Below are positions 13,308 through 25,700 of a stretch of 64,000 nucleotides of DNA, one piece after another. The notes beneath the pieces are model-generated. The model did not search any database. It saw only the letters and a list, made by a program, of their open reading frames with translations, and was not told the DNA's origin. The DNA is from Carpediemonas membranifera BICM. Its lineage: Eukaryota > Protista > Fornicata. Each line of letters starts with the position of its first letter. Position 1 is the first letter of the stretch. The stretch spans positions 1 through 64,000 of the forward strand of contig JAHDYR010000004.1 of NCBI GenBank assembly GCA_019828565.1, in the 5' to 3' direction. Made by a program: the position numbers and the translations under genes.

Positions 13308-14885
13308 ATGCAAAAAACTACGCCTGCGCACGATACCACATTGCGGCAGATGAATACGATACTGAAAGAAGCACAGCGCATTACTGCGCATATCCCGGGA
13401 GATATTCCTCGCCTGTTGGATCGTGCATTTGGTTTAGGCGAACTAATCAGCGTAGAACAGCCTTTTCCCAAAGAAATCGAGACTATTGAACATCTCACCG
13501 ATGCTCTCTCACTCTTGCGTTTCAATAACGAAAAACGCTCAACTGATCATCCATCGAATCATGTCAATTTTTGCAAAAATGATCCACCTTTGAGCATGAA
13601 CATCCCCCTAAAAGCCCGAACGAGCAGCTCCCCGACCGCATATACACCCTCCTCCAGGGTACTATCTGGTCTACACTAATGCAGGCCGGGGCGGGCATGG
13701 GCTCAGCCCTCGGCCCCAACGCCCCTGAGCTCTGGTTCCTCTGCAAGAAGCTTTTCTTCACATGGAATGAGGCCTGTAAGACTGCAGGTCGTGTGACCGA
13801 GGAATCTGAAAGCGGCTTGACTTCGATTGAATACACCCACTACGCTGGCCGACTCTTCGCGCAGGTTTGCGCCAAGAACGAACGAGCCCAGCCACTGGAC
13901 CCCGAGCCGCTTCACCAGAGTACGCCTGCCCCCTGTCATTGCCCTGCACGTCTTCCACTGCATGGTCGCTGAGACGGCACACGGTGTGTTCAAATGGGAC
14001 GCCGTAGACGACAGCGGGCTTGTGGACGTGGGTCACACACGAATCACCCCTGCCCGCGTGACGTTTGAGACCGCACCCCGCATCGCGAAGTTCGAGCAGA
14101 CCCTGCCTCACTGGCGCGAGGCCGACCTCGCCGTTAGCCTCCTGGGAAGCGCTACACACGCTTTTATTGTCACTCCTGCGGCGTGGTGAGCCTGCGGCAG
14201 CAACATTCACGGCTCCCTCGGGGTCGGGCTGCCCGATCGGTTCATCCAGGACTTCACCCCTGTCGCTCTGCCCGTCGACTTTATGCCCACTGCCCTGTAT
14301 AGCAGCTTCGGCCAGACCGCGCTGGTCCGTGGGACCCAGGCATTTGTCTGTGGGTACAACGGCTTCGGCCAGCTCGGGCTCAGCCACACTGCACCCGTAC
14401 GCACGTTCGCCTGGCTTCCTTTCCCAGTCGACTGCATTTGGTTCCACGAGCAGTTTACGGCATTCGCCGTGACTGACCGCGGGCTGCACTACGCTGGCTC
14501 GGTCAGGGCGTGGCTTCGCCCCTACCTTAACATCCACTCGGAGGAGAGCGCCACGCCGTTCCCGGTCACGCTTCCCTGGCAGGTGCGCCGCGCCTTCCTG
14601 CACTACGACTTCGATAGCGAGTTCCTGTGGGTGTTCGTGCGGGCGGACGGCAGCGGGTCCTACGGCATCTTCGTCCACAACGAGAGCGAGTACGTCGAGT
14701 GGGACTTCCCCGAGGTCGTCACGGCCGTCCGGGCAGACTCGAACGACCGCTACTGGCTGGCCACAGCCTTCGGCTGGTACGGCCTGGGCCGCAACACGCA
14801 CGAGGAGCTCGGGCTCGTCGGCCCTGAGATGGTCACCGCCCCGATGAGGGGCGATGTGGGAGACGGCCGCGTTCAGGCGGGCTGA
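13308..14885 (+). CDS. RCC1/BLIP-II-like repeat protein (frameshifted)
   Basis: Motifs FVCGYNGFGQLGLSH and WYGLGRNTHEELGL in ORF 14283-14885; upstream ORF pieces 13308-13679, 13679-13972 and 13827-14189 are colinear. Confidence 0.55.
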
Positions 14886-14957
14886 CGGAGGTCCGGCCCG
14901 GGCCTGTGACGGAGGAGGACTGGTGATGGGTCGGGGCGGGTGTAAATGCTGAGCCAA
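14885..14957. repeat. ~55-75 bp dispersed repeat also found next to the stop of every kinase gene (4337-4389, 33516-33567, 49476-49549)
   Basis: gtgacggaggagg(a/c)ctgg(t/c)gatgggtcggggcgggtg(t/a)aaatgctgagccaa at four loci; the 49476 copy also shares the preceding gacggaggtccggcccgggcct. Confidence 0.85.
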
Positions 14958-15473
14958 CTACCACTGGTCTGACATTCGGCCATTACTCCCTCGCCAAGCT
15001 GTCTTTCTCGACATCTTCGGATGCGACTTGGCCCAGTCGATGGAATCCGCGATGATGCCACCTCATGAGATGAGGTCGACATTGAGGCGAGTAACGAGAC
15101 CAGCGACAGGCCCCCGGGAGAGCGTGTCTCGCCCATCAATCACTTTACCGATCTATGCCGAGCGTGCGGTCTGGGGATCGCCTGCTTGGAATCTTTACTA
15201 CTCAGACAAACACTTCGGCGTCGCTCGCGAAGTGGCTGCCGCCAGCACACCGGTACCCGCCGCCGACCTTGATCCACTCGAATCCAACGGGGCACCGCCC
15301 GATCTGCCTCAGTCTCTGCTGAATGGCCGCCTCCTTCCGGCGCCTCTCCTCGGCCTCCCGCTGCTGGCGCTCGAGCTCACGGCGCGACTTCTCCTCTTTC
15401 TCACGCTTGAGTTGTTCCTCGATCTCCCGCAGACGACGAGCCTCCTCTTCTTTCCGGCGCCTCTCCTCAGCCT

Positions 15474-15530
15474 TGTGCCATTGTTGGCTTGCGCAGGTAG
15501 ATCTGTTTACATAAACTGCACTGGCTCTCA
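15474..15530 (-). repeat. 3' LTR (57 bp)
   Basis: tgtgccattgttggcttgcgcaggtagatctgtttacataaactgcactggctctca, identical to 19690-19746. Confidence 0.92.
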
Positions 15531-18500
15531 CTTCCCTCCTCAAGGCGAAGCTAGCCAGCTAACGGCGGCCATTGCCCCGGAACTTCCGCTTGTAACGTGC
15601 GAAGAGGGGCGTGAGACCTGGGTTGAGGCGTAGGTAGTCATCCAGGGCGGCGAGGCGGTCGTAATATGCGTTATACGGAATGTACGAGTCCTCGGAGTCT
15701 TCTAGGCCTTCCCAGTGGACGAGGAGCTCGAGGCGTCGGTTGCGCTCGCGGTGGCCGACGATGGCGGAGACTTGTTGTTCGTCTTGTTCGTATGCGGCGA
15801 TGCGCTCGAGTGTCTTGAGGTCTGCTGTGCCTGGGTCGAAGCGAATGAGGCGGTCCTGGTGGACGAGCAGCTCGGACTTGGTGACGAGGTCACGGAGGAC
15901 GAATGTGTTGGGGCTCTTCCCTTCCCTGAGGAGTTGTAGCGGGCCGCGGACTGGAGGCAGAATCTTGGATGGGGGCCTTGTGAGGGATATCTCAGGAGCA
16001 CTAGGCGTTCGAGTTTCCAGTCGAAGTTGTCCGCCGGTTGGGTTTGTGCGGCCTTGTGACGCTCGTATGCGGCGATCTTCGCGCGGGCTGCGTCGTGCAT
16101 GGCCTGTATGTCGGTGTGGAATGCGTTAATGGCCTGGATGGTAGGTGTGTCTTGCGTCGCCTTGGCGGCGCTGATGATGCGTGACTCCGGGAGGGCCGTG
16201 AGCGCGGACGTGTGTCCGAAAAGCAGCTCGAACGGCGTGAAGCCGGTAGTCGAGTGTGTCGAAGTGTTGATAATGTGTTGCACGATTGGGATAAGTGCGG
16301 GCCAGTCGGTCGTTTCTGAGTCTAGTAGCAGGGCGCGCAGTCTGCGCATGATGGTCCCATTGACTCTCTCGACAACGCCGTTACTCTGTGGGTGGTACGC
16401 CGTGGAGAACCTGTGGTTCAGGCTGATCTTCTTGTTGAGAGCGGCGATGGTTGAGTTCTTGAACTGGCTTCCCTGGTCTGTCTGGATCAGGCTGGGTGCG
16501 CCGAAGAGCGACCACACCTGGAGCATCGCGTCGGCGGCTTCTTCTGCCGAGGTTGACGCAACCGGCTTGAGCACAGTGAACTTGCTGAAGACGTCGATGA
16601 ACACGATCACGTGAGCGAGGCCATTCGTCTTTGGAAGCGGGCCGAGCGTGTCTATCTGCACCGCCTCGAATGGGCGGGTCTTCTGGGTCGTATGCCACTG
16701 GGCCTTGGCGATGGGGTGGGATTTGAGCTTCTGGCAGACTGGGCAAGTCGCGACGTGCTCCGCGACGTCTCGAGTTCATGGAAGACCAGGTCTTGCCGGC
16801 TTCCTTGAGATGGGCGATCGTTTGTTTGATCGAAGCATGGCCGTTGGCTCCAGCGTGGGCCTGCTGAATGTCGAAGCGGTGGGTGCTGCTGGCGATTTCG
16901 CTGATCGCCGCGCCGCTGGGGCGGGAGAGGGCGTCCGCGACGACGTTATTTGTCCCTGCGATATGCATGATGTCGAAGGGGTACTCGGATAGGATGAGTC
17001 TCCATCGCGTGAGCTTGCGCGTCCCTTCCTCAGCCTTGCGAATCATCCACACGATGTTCTTGTGATCTGTGAGTACGGTGAATGGCTTCAGCTTGAGAAT
17101 CTGGCTAAACTCTGGCCGGGTGATGCAGTATATGACTGCGTAGAGCTCTTGCTCGACCGTCGCCCAGCGGCGTTGGGTCTCTGTGAACGTCTTTTGAGAA
17201 GTACGCGAGGGGTTTCTTCGTGTCGCCCTCGTGTTGCCACAGCACTCCGCCGGCTGCGATTGTGGACGCGTCTGTCTCAAGTGTCCACTTGCAGGTCAGG
17301 TTGGGTAGTGCCAATGCCTTGTTGTCGGTGCACAGCTCCTTCAGAGCCGCGAATGCCTTGTCGTGTTCCTCAGTCCAAGGGAGCTTGTCTAGCTTCTTGG
17401 GTGACCCCTTGAGGAGGGCGTTGAGGGGGGCTGTGGCTGAGCTGAGTTGCGGGAGGTAGTTTGCGAGGTGGTTAAACTTGCCCATCGTGCGTCTGAGCTC
17501 TGTGACGGTGGTGGGGGGGCGGGCAGCTCCTTCAGCGCGGCGACGCGGCCTGGGCTCACCGAGCGGCCGGAGCTGTTGATGATGAATCCGCAGACCTCCC
17601 ACTTCGGCGGCGCCGATGGTACATTTGTCCGCACGGAGGCGCAGGCGGTTGTCCTTGGCTCTCTGGAGGGTGAGTCTCAGGGTGTTGAGGAATCCTTCTT
17701 CGGTCCGTGCGTAGAGGAATATGTCATCCACGTAGACCCGGTGGCCGGGGATGCCATCTAGCACGGCCTCCATCGCTCGTTGAAACTTGGAGGGGGCGTT
17801 CTTAAGTCCAAACGGGACCCCTGAGGAACTCGAATTGGTGCCCGGGGACTACGAACGAGGTAAGGGGATGCTGGCCGGCTCCATCAGCTGCTGCCAGTAT
17901 CCGGACCGGAGATCGAGTGATGCAAAGTAAGAGCATCCGCCGGCTTCGTGGGGCAGGTCCCTCAGATCGGGGGAGGGGAAAGGCGTCGTCCTTCGTGGCG
18001 TCGTTAAGATCGTTGAATGCGACGCAGAAGCGGGGTTCGCCGTTCTTCTTGGTTGCCATCGTGTGGCGGCTGGCGTGCTCGGACTGGCTGTCTCGTATGA
18101 TGCCGAGCTTCTTCATCTTCTCGATCTCGGAGAGGGCGGCTGAGCCAGCCTCTCCGACAAGCTGTCGAGGACGGCACTTGAGGTGAAAAATCGCGTGTGA
18201 GTTCGATCTTGTGAGGCTGTAGTTTGCTGCCTTCGGGCGGGAGAGCCGGGTCGAACACCTCATCGAACTCCTCGACGATGCTTCGGACCTTGTTGGCGAA
18301 CTCGGTGCCGTGGTCGTCCGGGATCGTGACGGCGAGCGAATGCTTCGAGTCCGAGGTTGACGCCGCTTCGAAGACGTCGGCGTCGATCATGTTGTGCTCT
18401 TCTAGATCGTCCTTATCATCCGGCTTCTCGGACGGGAGTATCAGTAGGCGGTCGTTGAGGACGTAGCCGATGTGCCTGAGGAGGTCCTTGCCGATCAGCA

Positions 18501-19689
18501 TCCTGTCGCTGGTGCCTGTGATCATGTGGACGTCCCAGTCGAGCGTGACGGTTTTGCCATCCATGCCAGGGAGTGTGATGGACATGGTGGCGATCTTGCC
18601 CACGGAGATAACGCGGTCGTCCGCGGCGAACAGGCGGAGGTCCGACTCGCGCCATTGGGGACGACGATCTGGCCGGAGATGGTCGGTCTCGAGGGTCGAG
18701 AGGGCGTCTATGCAGTCGCGGGCGGGACGCCAGTTGCCGTCCGAATCCCGCTCGATCAGCGCCTCGTATAGCGGGATCGCGTCGTCGTCGTATCCCCTTG
18801 AGGGGCGACAGACCGGACCGCAGCGCGGAGGGCGCTGTCGGGGATCTTATGGTAGCCATCGGCCTCGACGACGGGGTTGTACCCGTCGCACGCCTTCTGC
18901 AGGCGCAGAGTGTTAAGGCGGTGGGCCGCGTTCTGGCCGTACAGTTGGGTGCCCCTTGCTTGTGATGGCCTTGAGGCGTGCACCGCGGTCGAGTGTTGGC
19001 ATCAGGGTAAGGTACAGGTGAGGCAGGATGGTCCTGGCCCTCGGCGCGAAGCTGGTCACGCACGGACACGGGGGGCGGAGGGGCGGCCGTTGCCGCTGAC
19101 GGGGAGAGAGTTGACGATTCTCGCGACATCCGCGGCCGATCGGGCCGGTTTGTCGTCCAGGGGTTCGTTAGCGTCGCGAAGGTGAGGGTCGCATCCGGGT
19201 CCGCCTCGTGGCGGTCGTGGCTGGCCGTGCAGAGGCTGGCGAGCTTATCGTTCAGCTCGGCCTCGGCGCGGTCGTAAACAGCCTGCATCCGGCGCATCGC
19301 CGGGTCGAGAAGCGGGCTGTCCTTATAGGTGTTGGCGGCTGCAGCGCAGAGCAAGAAGAGATCGTCCTGCAGAGCGTCGATGATCGCGCGGTATCTTGCG
19401 CGGCACGACGTGGCGTGTCTGTCAGGTTCTTGCTTGGCGTGTTGTGCCTGCGAGACCACGTCAGGGATAAAGGGAGTCCCAGAACGACTCGAAGGTCGGG
19501 AACGTGGAGGTGGGCCGCCATGTGGCTTGTAGAAGCTCGAGGGTCTTTGCCGTGAATGCGTGGGGGAAAGAACGGGGTCTTTTGACGTTACCGACTTCCC
19601 GTAACCAGATCTCGTACCCCGTTGTGAGGGAAGAGACGTCTATCACGGATAGACCACTGTGTGATTCTGTAGAAGCAGAATATCGATAT

Positions 19690-19746
19690 TGTGCCATTGT
19701 TGGCTTGCGCAGGTAGATCTGTTTACATAAACTGCACTGGCTCTCA
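19690..19746 (-). repeat. 5' LTR (57 bp), contains the probable gag ATG (19697)
   Basis: Identical to 15474-15530; the MAQYRYSAST... reading frame starts inside it. Confidence 0.9.
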
Positions 19747-22700
19747 GCCTCCCGTTTCCGGCGCTCGAGCTCGCGGCGCGCCTTCTCCTCTTTTCTCACG
19801 CTTGAGTTGTTCCTCGATCTCTCGCAGACGCCGCTCCTCCTCCTCCCGACGGCGCTGCTCCTCGCGCTTGGCCAGCTCCAGCTCCTCCCCAGATCTCGTC
19901 GGTTACGCCCTCGTCGCGCTCAACGCGAGTCACCACATCGACAGTCTCGTCGACTTCCTCGACTTGCTCAACTCTGACGTCCTGCCGCGTCTCGCGTCTG
20001 GGCTGGACCTCGCTGTCGGTGGCGAGGGCGACTGGCTGCTCCTCGACGAGATGCGGCAGGCTGGCGCTCTCAGGGTGGTTCCGCTTGCACTTGACCATGG
20101 CGGCGTCGACGTCATCGGCCGCGATCGAAGGTTCAGCCTCGACGACCGAAGCGGCGCGGATCGCCTGCTGGCGTAGCAGGTCCTCGAAGATCGTGTTGGC
20201 GTCTCGTGCGTTGGCCCAGGAAGCCCGGCCAACAACGGCCTCGATGTGGCTGCGCAGAGCGGCCTGCTCGTTTGAGCCGAACTTGAGGTGCTCCCCCTCG
20301 AGCTTGCCCGCGATGAAGCTGGTGCAGTCGGCCGCCGACCAGTCGGGGAAGTCGATCGGCTCGGTGAAGCGCGAGCGGACGCCGGCGTTGACGTCCATCA
20401 TGCGGTCGAGATCGGCGCGGTAGCCCGCCAGGACGACGACGGTCTTGCCCTTGTGCTTGTCCGACGTCATCTCGCTGAGCATCGTCTCGATCGCCTCCTT
20501 GCCGAACATGCCCTCTCCAAGGCCGTAAGCCTCGTCCACGAAGAAGACGCCGCCGACCGCCTCGTCCATCAGCTCCTTGACTCGGCCCGGCGTCTGCCCC
20601 ACGTAGCCTGCCATCATGTCGCGTGCGACGACCTCCCTTGCACGTGTCGGTTGCCAGCACACCCAGGCGGTAGAGGATCTTGGCCATGCACCGCGCGATG
20701 GTCGTCTTGCCTGTGCCCGGGGAGCCCGAGAAGACGTAGTTGCGGACCAGCATTGAGGCGGCTGACTTGCCGTTCCGCTCCATGCCCTGCTTGATACGGA
20801 CGAGGTCCTCGAGCCTCTGCCGGATGTGGTTGACCTTTGTACAGGCCGTCGAGCGGCTCGAACGGGTCCTTGCCGTCGTCAGCCTGCGTGAGATCAGCAA
20901 CTGCGATCTTTCGCGAGGTTGGATCGCGCTGGATCATGTGGCGCTTCGCCTTGTTCACGAGGTTGACCACAGCGCGGGCGTTGCCAAAGTTGGGCTTGAC
21001 GCGCTCCTTGGCCAGCAGCTGTATCGCGTTGACAACGACAGCTCTGCGGCACGCGAGGCCGCTTTCGGCGATGGCGTGCTTCAGGATGGCCTCGAGCGCG
21101 GTGTCGTCGAAGTCGGCAAAGATGAACGCGCTCTCGGGGTCGAAGCGGCTCGCCAGCCCCGCGTTCTGGTTGCGCAGCATGCGGCGGATGGGCTCCTCGT
21201 AGCCGAGCATGAGCACCGCGATGTCGTCGCCGGGCTTGTTGTGCACGCGCTCAACGATCGTGTCAAGCGCCTCCCTTGCCGTACACGCCGTCGTCGAGGG
21301 AGTAGCACTCGTCGATGAGCAGCACCTTGCCGCGCGCCTCCTCGATCGCGGCCTTCGTTCTCGACCGGCTCTGCCCCACGGCGTCGCCGACCAGGTCGCT
21401 GGGCCGCTTCTCGATGACCTCGCCGCTGCTGAGCAGGCCCGTGTGCTTCAAGATCTGGCCGTACAGGCGTGCGACGGTCGTCTTGCCCGTCCCAGGGTTT
21501 CCGAAGAAGAGGCGGTTGAGTGCGAAGGCGTGCAGCGGGCGGAGGTGGAGCTCGTTGTCGTAGTTGACCTTCGCTGTCTGAAGCAGACCCCGGACAGCCT
21601 CCTTCACCTCGCCAAGCCCGGTCAAGCCGTCCAGCTCGGCCAGGAGACGGCGCAGCTCGGGGTTCGAGTCGGCCGATGGCGCTGGTCCGAGGATGTCCTC
21701 GGGCAGCAGCATGTGCTCGCCGCCCAAGATGAGGCGCTTGGCCGCAGCCTCGATGGCCTGGCTGAACATGTTGCGGACGGTGCGGCCGTTGGCGAAGGTG
21801 TCGCGCGACTTGAAGCGCTCGAGGCGACGGCCAGCGATCTCGGCAACTGCCGGGGCGAGGGACCAGCCCCTGCTTGGTCGCCAGCTGGGTGAACATCTCC
21901 TGCAGCGTGTCCTTGTCGAAGTCCTCGAGCACGAACTGGCGCGAGAAGCGGCTGTTCAGACCCGGGTTCGTCGCCAGCAGGTCCTTCATGTCGTCCTTGT
22001 AGCCTGCCAGGATGATCGTGACGTCGCCGCGGCGCGTCTCGGCCACGTCCAGGATGCGGTCCATGACTGACTTGCCCGACTTCTTCTGGGCGGGGTTCAG
22101 CTGGTAGGCCTCGTCGATGAAGACGGTGCCCCTGAAGCCGGCCGGGAAGAGGCTGTCCAACTCCTTCGTGATGTCCAGCGGCGACGTGTCGGCGAGGGTG
22201 CCGCCGTTGCGCTCGGTGAACGTGTCATCGCGAGCGCCGATGTCCGCCAGGAAGCGGTGGATCAGCTTAGCGCACGTGCTCTTGCCCGTGCCAGGGTTGC
22301 CGCTGAGGATGAAGTTGAGCTGCATCGGCGTGGCGGCGTAGAGCTGCGCAGTGCGCGGGTCGTTGCGGACGCGGATCTGCTGAGCGATGTCGATGCACTC
22401 CCTCTTCAGCGCGCGCATGCCGCTCATCGCTAGCAGCTCGTCCATCGCGGCGCTGGCCATGCCGTACTGCTCCCAGGCCTGCTGGATGCGGTCGTCCTCT
22501 GACTCCGGCTGCGGCTGAGGCTCGGCTTCGTTGTCGTCGGTTGACCGCTCATCGGCCGTCGCGAATCTCTCTGCCAGCTGCGGGAATGTCTCGCAGAAGA
22601 ACCGCGTGAGGGGGGCTGACCCGCGGATCCGGGCCTCGACGAGGATGGCGAGGGGGTCAGGCTCGGGGACGGCCGCCAGGTACTCGGCGAGCTCCTCCTC

Positions 22701-25700
22701 GGCGTCCTCCATGTACTCCTTCGTGTACGCCAGCGCGCGAATCAGGCCGGCGTGGGTGTAGCTCGTGGGAATACGCTCGGCGTGCTGGGACGTCGGCTGG
22801 GCGATGAACGCGTCGATGGCGGTCTGCACGAGCTCCGAAGCGTCGTGATAGTCGGCGGGTGTGGCACCGTCGGAGTGTTTCAGAGCGGTGACAGCGATCT
22901 TTGGGCTCATGCCCCCGTCGACGAGGTCAAGGAAGTCTTGGGCAAACGCGGCCACGGCGAGGTGCCTCCGCAGAACAGGGTCACGCACGGCAGACGAACG
23001 GGGCCCATCCCCAGCTGCATTCGCGGTGCTCTTGTATTGGTCGAGACGACGCACTAAGGCGCGCAGGGACTCCGGAGCCGAGTCGGCGGTGATCGTATTC
23101 ACGACAGCTGAAAGCTCGCGGAGGATCTTCTCGGCCATACGCTGAGATATGTGGGTGTTGAAAGATTTGATCAGCTCTGTCAGCTCAGAATTATCGGCGC
23201 TCGTCTTGAAATACCTGTTCTTGTCCAACGTGATTGTCGCGGGAGGGAAGGCCAGCCTCATCTTGAAGGAGCGGGGCAGGCCCGTGGCGAGGATGTGGAT
23301 GACGACCCGCGCCAGGTCGGCGAGGTAGAGGGGCGAGTCGTCGGACGGCAGGCGGATGTCGGCGCCGAGTGTGGGTTGGGCGCAGACCTCCTCGATCTCT
23401 GGCGACTTGATGGAGGGCCACTGCTTGGCGGTGTTGTCCTTTGACCCAGAGAGCAGGGTCGACCCGTCTGGAGAGAAGACGACACTGTTCGCCCAATCTG
23501 TGTGACCTCTGAGCGTTTTTGAAGCACTCGCCGCTGTCGATGCTCCAGAACTTGATGGTGTTGTCACCAGACCCAGAGGCGAGGGTCCTGCCGTCGGGCG
23601 AGAAGGCGACGCTGAAGACAAAGTGCGTGTGCCCCCCTGAGGACGGCGACGCACTCCCAGGTCCTGGTGTCCCAGAGTCTGATGGTGCTGTCCCACGACC
23701 CAGAGGCCAGCAGAGCGCCGTCCGGGGAGATGGCGACTGTGGCGAGATAACTCGTGTGGCCCTCCAGAGTCTGCTCGAGTCTGCCCGACTCAGCGTCCCA
23801 CACCTTGATTGTCTTGTCCTTTGATCCAGAGACGATGGTCTTGCCGTCAGGGGAGATGGCGACGGAGAGCACCAAATCTGAGTGCCCTTCCATCGTCCTG
23901 CACACGCCGGTGGCGACGTCCCACGACCCTGACTGTCTTGTCATCGGATCCGGACACCAGCGTCTTGCCGTCTGGGGAGAAGGCGACGCTTCTCACATCC
24001 CTGGTGTGCCCCTCGAGCGTCTTGACGAGTCTGCCGCGCCTCCACAGCTTGATCTTGCGGTCATCACCGCCCGAGGCGATGGTCGACCCGTCCGGGGAGA
24101 CGGCGATGCACCGAACAGACCCGCCATGCTCCATCGTCGTGCACACGCCGCGCTTGTCCCACAGCTTGGTCGTCCCATCCCATGACCCAGTGACCATGGC
24201 GCCGTCAGGGAGGAAGGCTACGCTGGTCACGTCATCGGTGTGACCCTTCATCGTGTGGATGCACTCAGCCATCCTCGCATGCCAGGCAGCGAGCATGGCG
24301 TCGACGGCGCTGTCGGGCTTGTCGGCGGCCAGCTTGCCATACCTCATCGTGACAGTGAGGTCGGGCTCAGTCAGCCTCATGCTGAACTCTCGGGGCCGCG
24401 CCGAGAGGTGGTCGAGGACGCGGGTGAGGTCGGCGACGGTGCCCCTCGAGGCGGACGATGGCCGCGGCCGGGACAGGCTCGGCGAGGGTCTGGTCGAGGG
24501 CGGTGAGCTCGGGAGAGCGACCAAGGGACCACTACTTGGCGGTTTTTGTCGTCAGATCCAGAGAGCAGGGTCGACCCGTCCGGGGAGAAGGCGACGCAGC
24601 GGACCCAATCGTCATGGCCCCTGAGCGTCTCGAAGCACTCGCCGCTAGCGATGCTCCAGAGCTTGGTGTTGTCACCAGACCCAGAGGCGAGGGTCCTGCC
24701 GTCGGGCGAGAAGGCGACACTGCTAGAACTCGCGTGCCCCCTGAGGACGGCGACGCACTCCCCAGGTCCTGGTGTCCCAGAGTCTGATGGTGTTGTCGCC
24801 AGACCCAGAGGCCAGCAGAGCGCCGTCCGGGGAGATGGCGACGGAGAAGACAGAATTCGTGTGGCCCTCCAGAGTCTGCTCGAGTCTGCCCGACTCAGCG
24901 ACCCACACCTTGATTGTCTTGTCCTTTGATCCAGAGACGATGGTCTTGCCGTCAGGGGAGATGGCGACGGAGAGCACCAAATGGGAGTGCCCCTTCCATC
25001 GTCCTGCACTCGCCGGTGGCGACGTCCCACGTCCTGACTGTCTTGTCATCGGATCCGGACACCAGCGTCTTGCCGTCTCGGGAGAAAGCGACGCTTCTCA
25101 CATCATTGGTGTGCCCCTCGAGCGTCTTGACGAGTCTGCCGGTCTGGTCCCACAGCTTGATCTTGTGGTCATCACCGCCCGAGGCGATGGTCGACCCGTC
25201 CGGGGAGACGGCGATGCACCGAACAGACCCGCCATGCTCCATCGTCGTCTTGCACACGCCGCGCTTGTCCCACAGCTTGGTCGTCCCATCCCATGACCCA
25301 GTGACCTGGTGCCGTCAGGGAGGAAGGCGACGCTGAACACCCAGTTGGTGTGACCCTTCATCGTGTGGATGCACTCAGCCATCCTCGCATTCCAGGCAGC
25401 GAGCAGATCGTCGATGGCGCTGTCGGGCTTGTCGGCGGCCAGCTTGCCATACCTCATCGTGACAGTGAGGTCGGGCTCAGTCAGCCTCATGCTGAACTCT
25501 CTGGGCCGCGCCGAGAGGTGGTCGAGGACGCGGGTGAGGTCGGCGACGGTGCCCTCGAGGCGGACGATGGCCGCGGCCGGGACAGGCTGGGCGAGGTCTG
25601 GTCGAGGGCGGTGAGCTCGGGAGAGCGACCAAGGGACCACTGCTTGGCGGTCTTTGTCGTCAATCCAGAGAGCAGGGTCGACCCGTCTGGGGAGAAGGCG

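Larger units (their letters stand above)
15474..19746 (-). mobile_element. Full-length Ty3/gypsy chromovirus-like LTR retrotransposon (4273 bp) with 57-bp LTRs
   Basis: Identical TG...CA direct repeats at 15474-15530 and 19690-19746; TSD GCCT at 15470-15473 and 19747-19750; polypurine tract GAGGAGGGAAG abutting the 3' LTR. Domain order RT (RFCVAFNDLN, YVDD), RNase H (ETDAS, EQELYAV, TDHKN, ADALSR), integrase (IDTLGP, TDQGSQF, SNGVVER), chromodomain (QVSAIVGHR...LLVHWEGLEDSEDSYIP). Confidence 0.95.
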
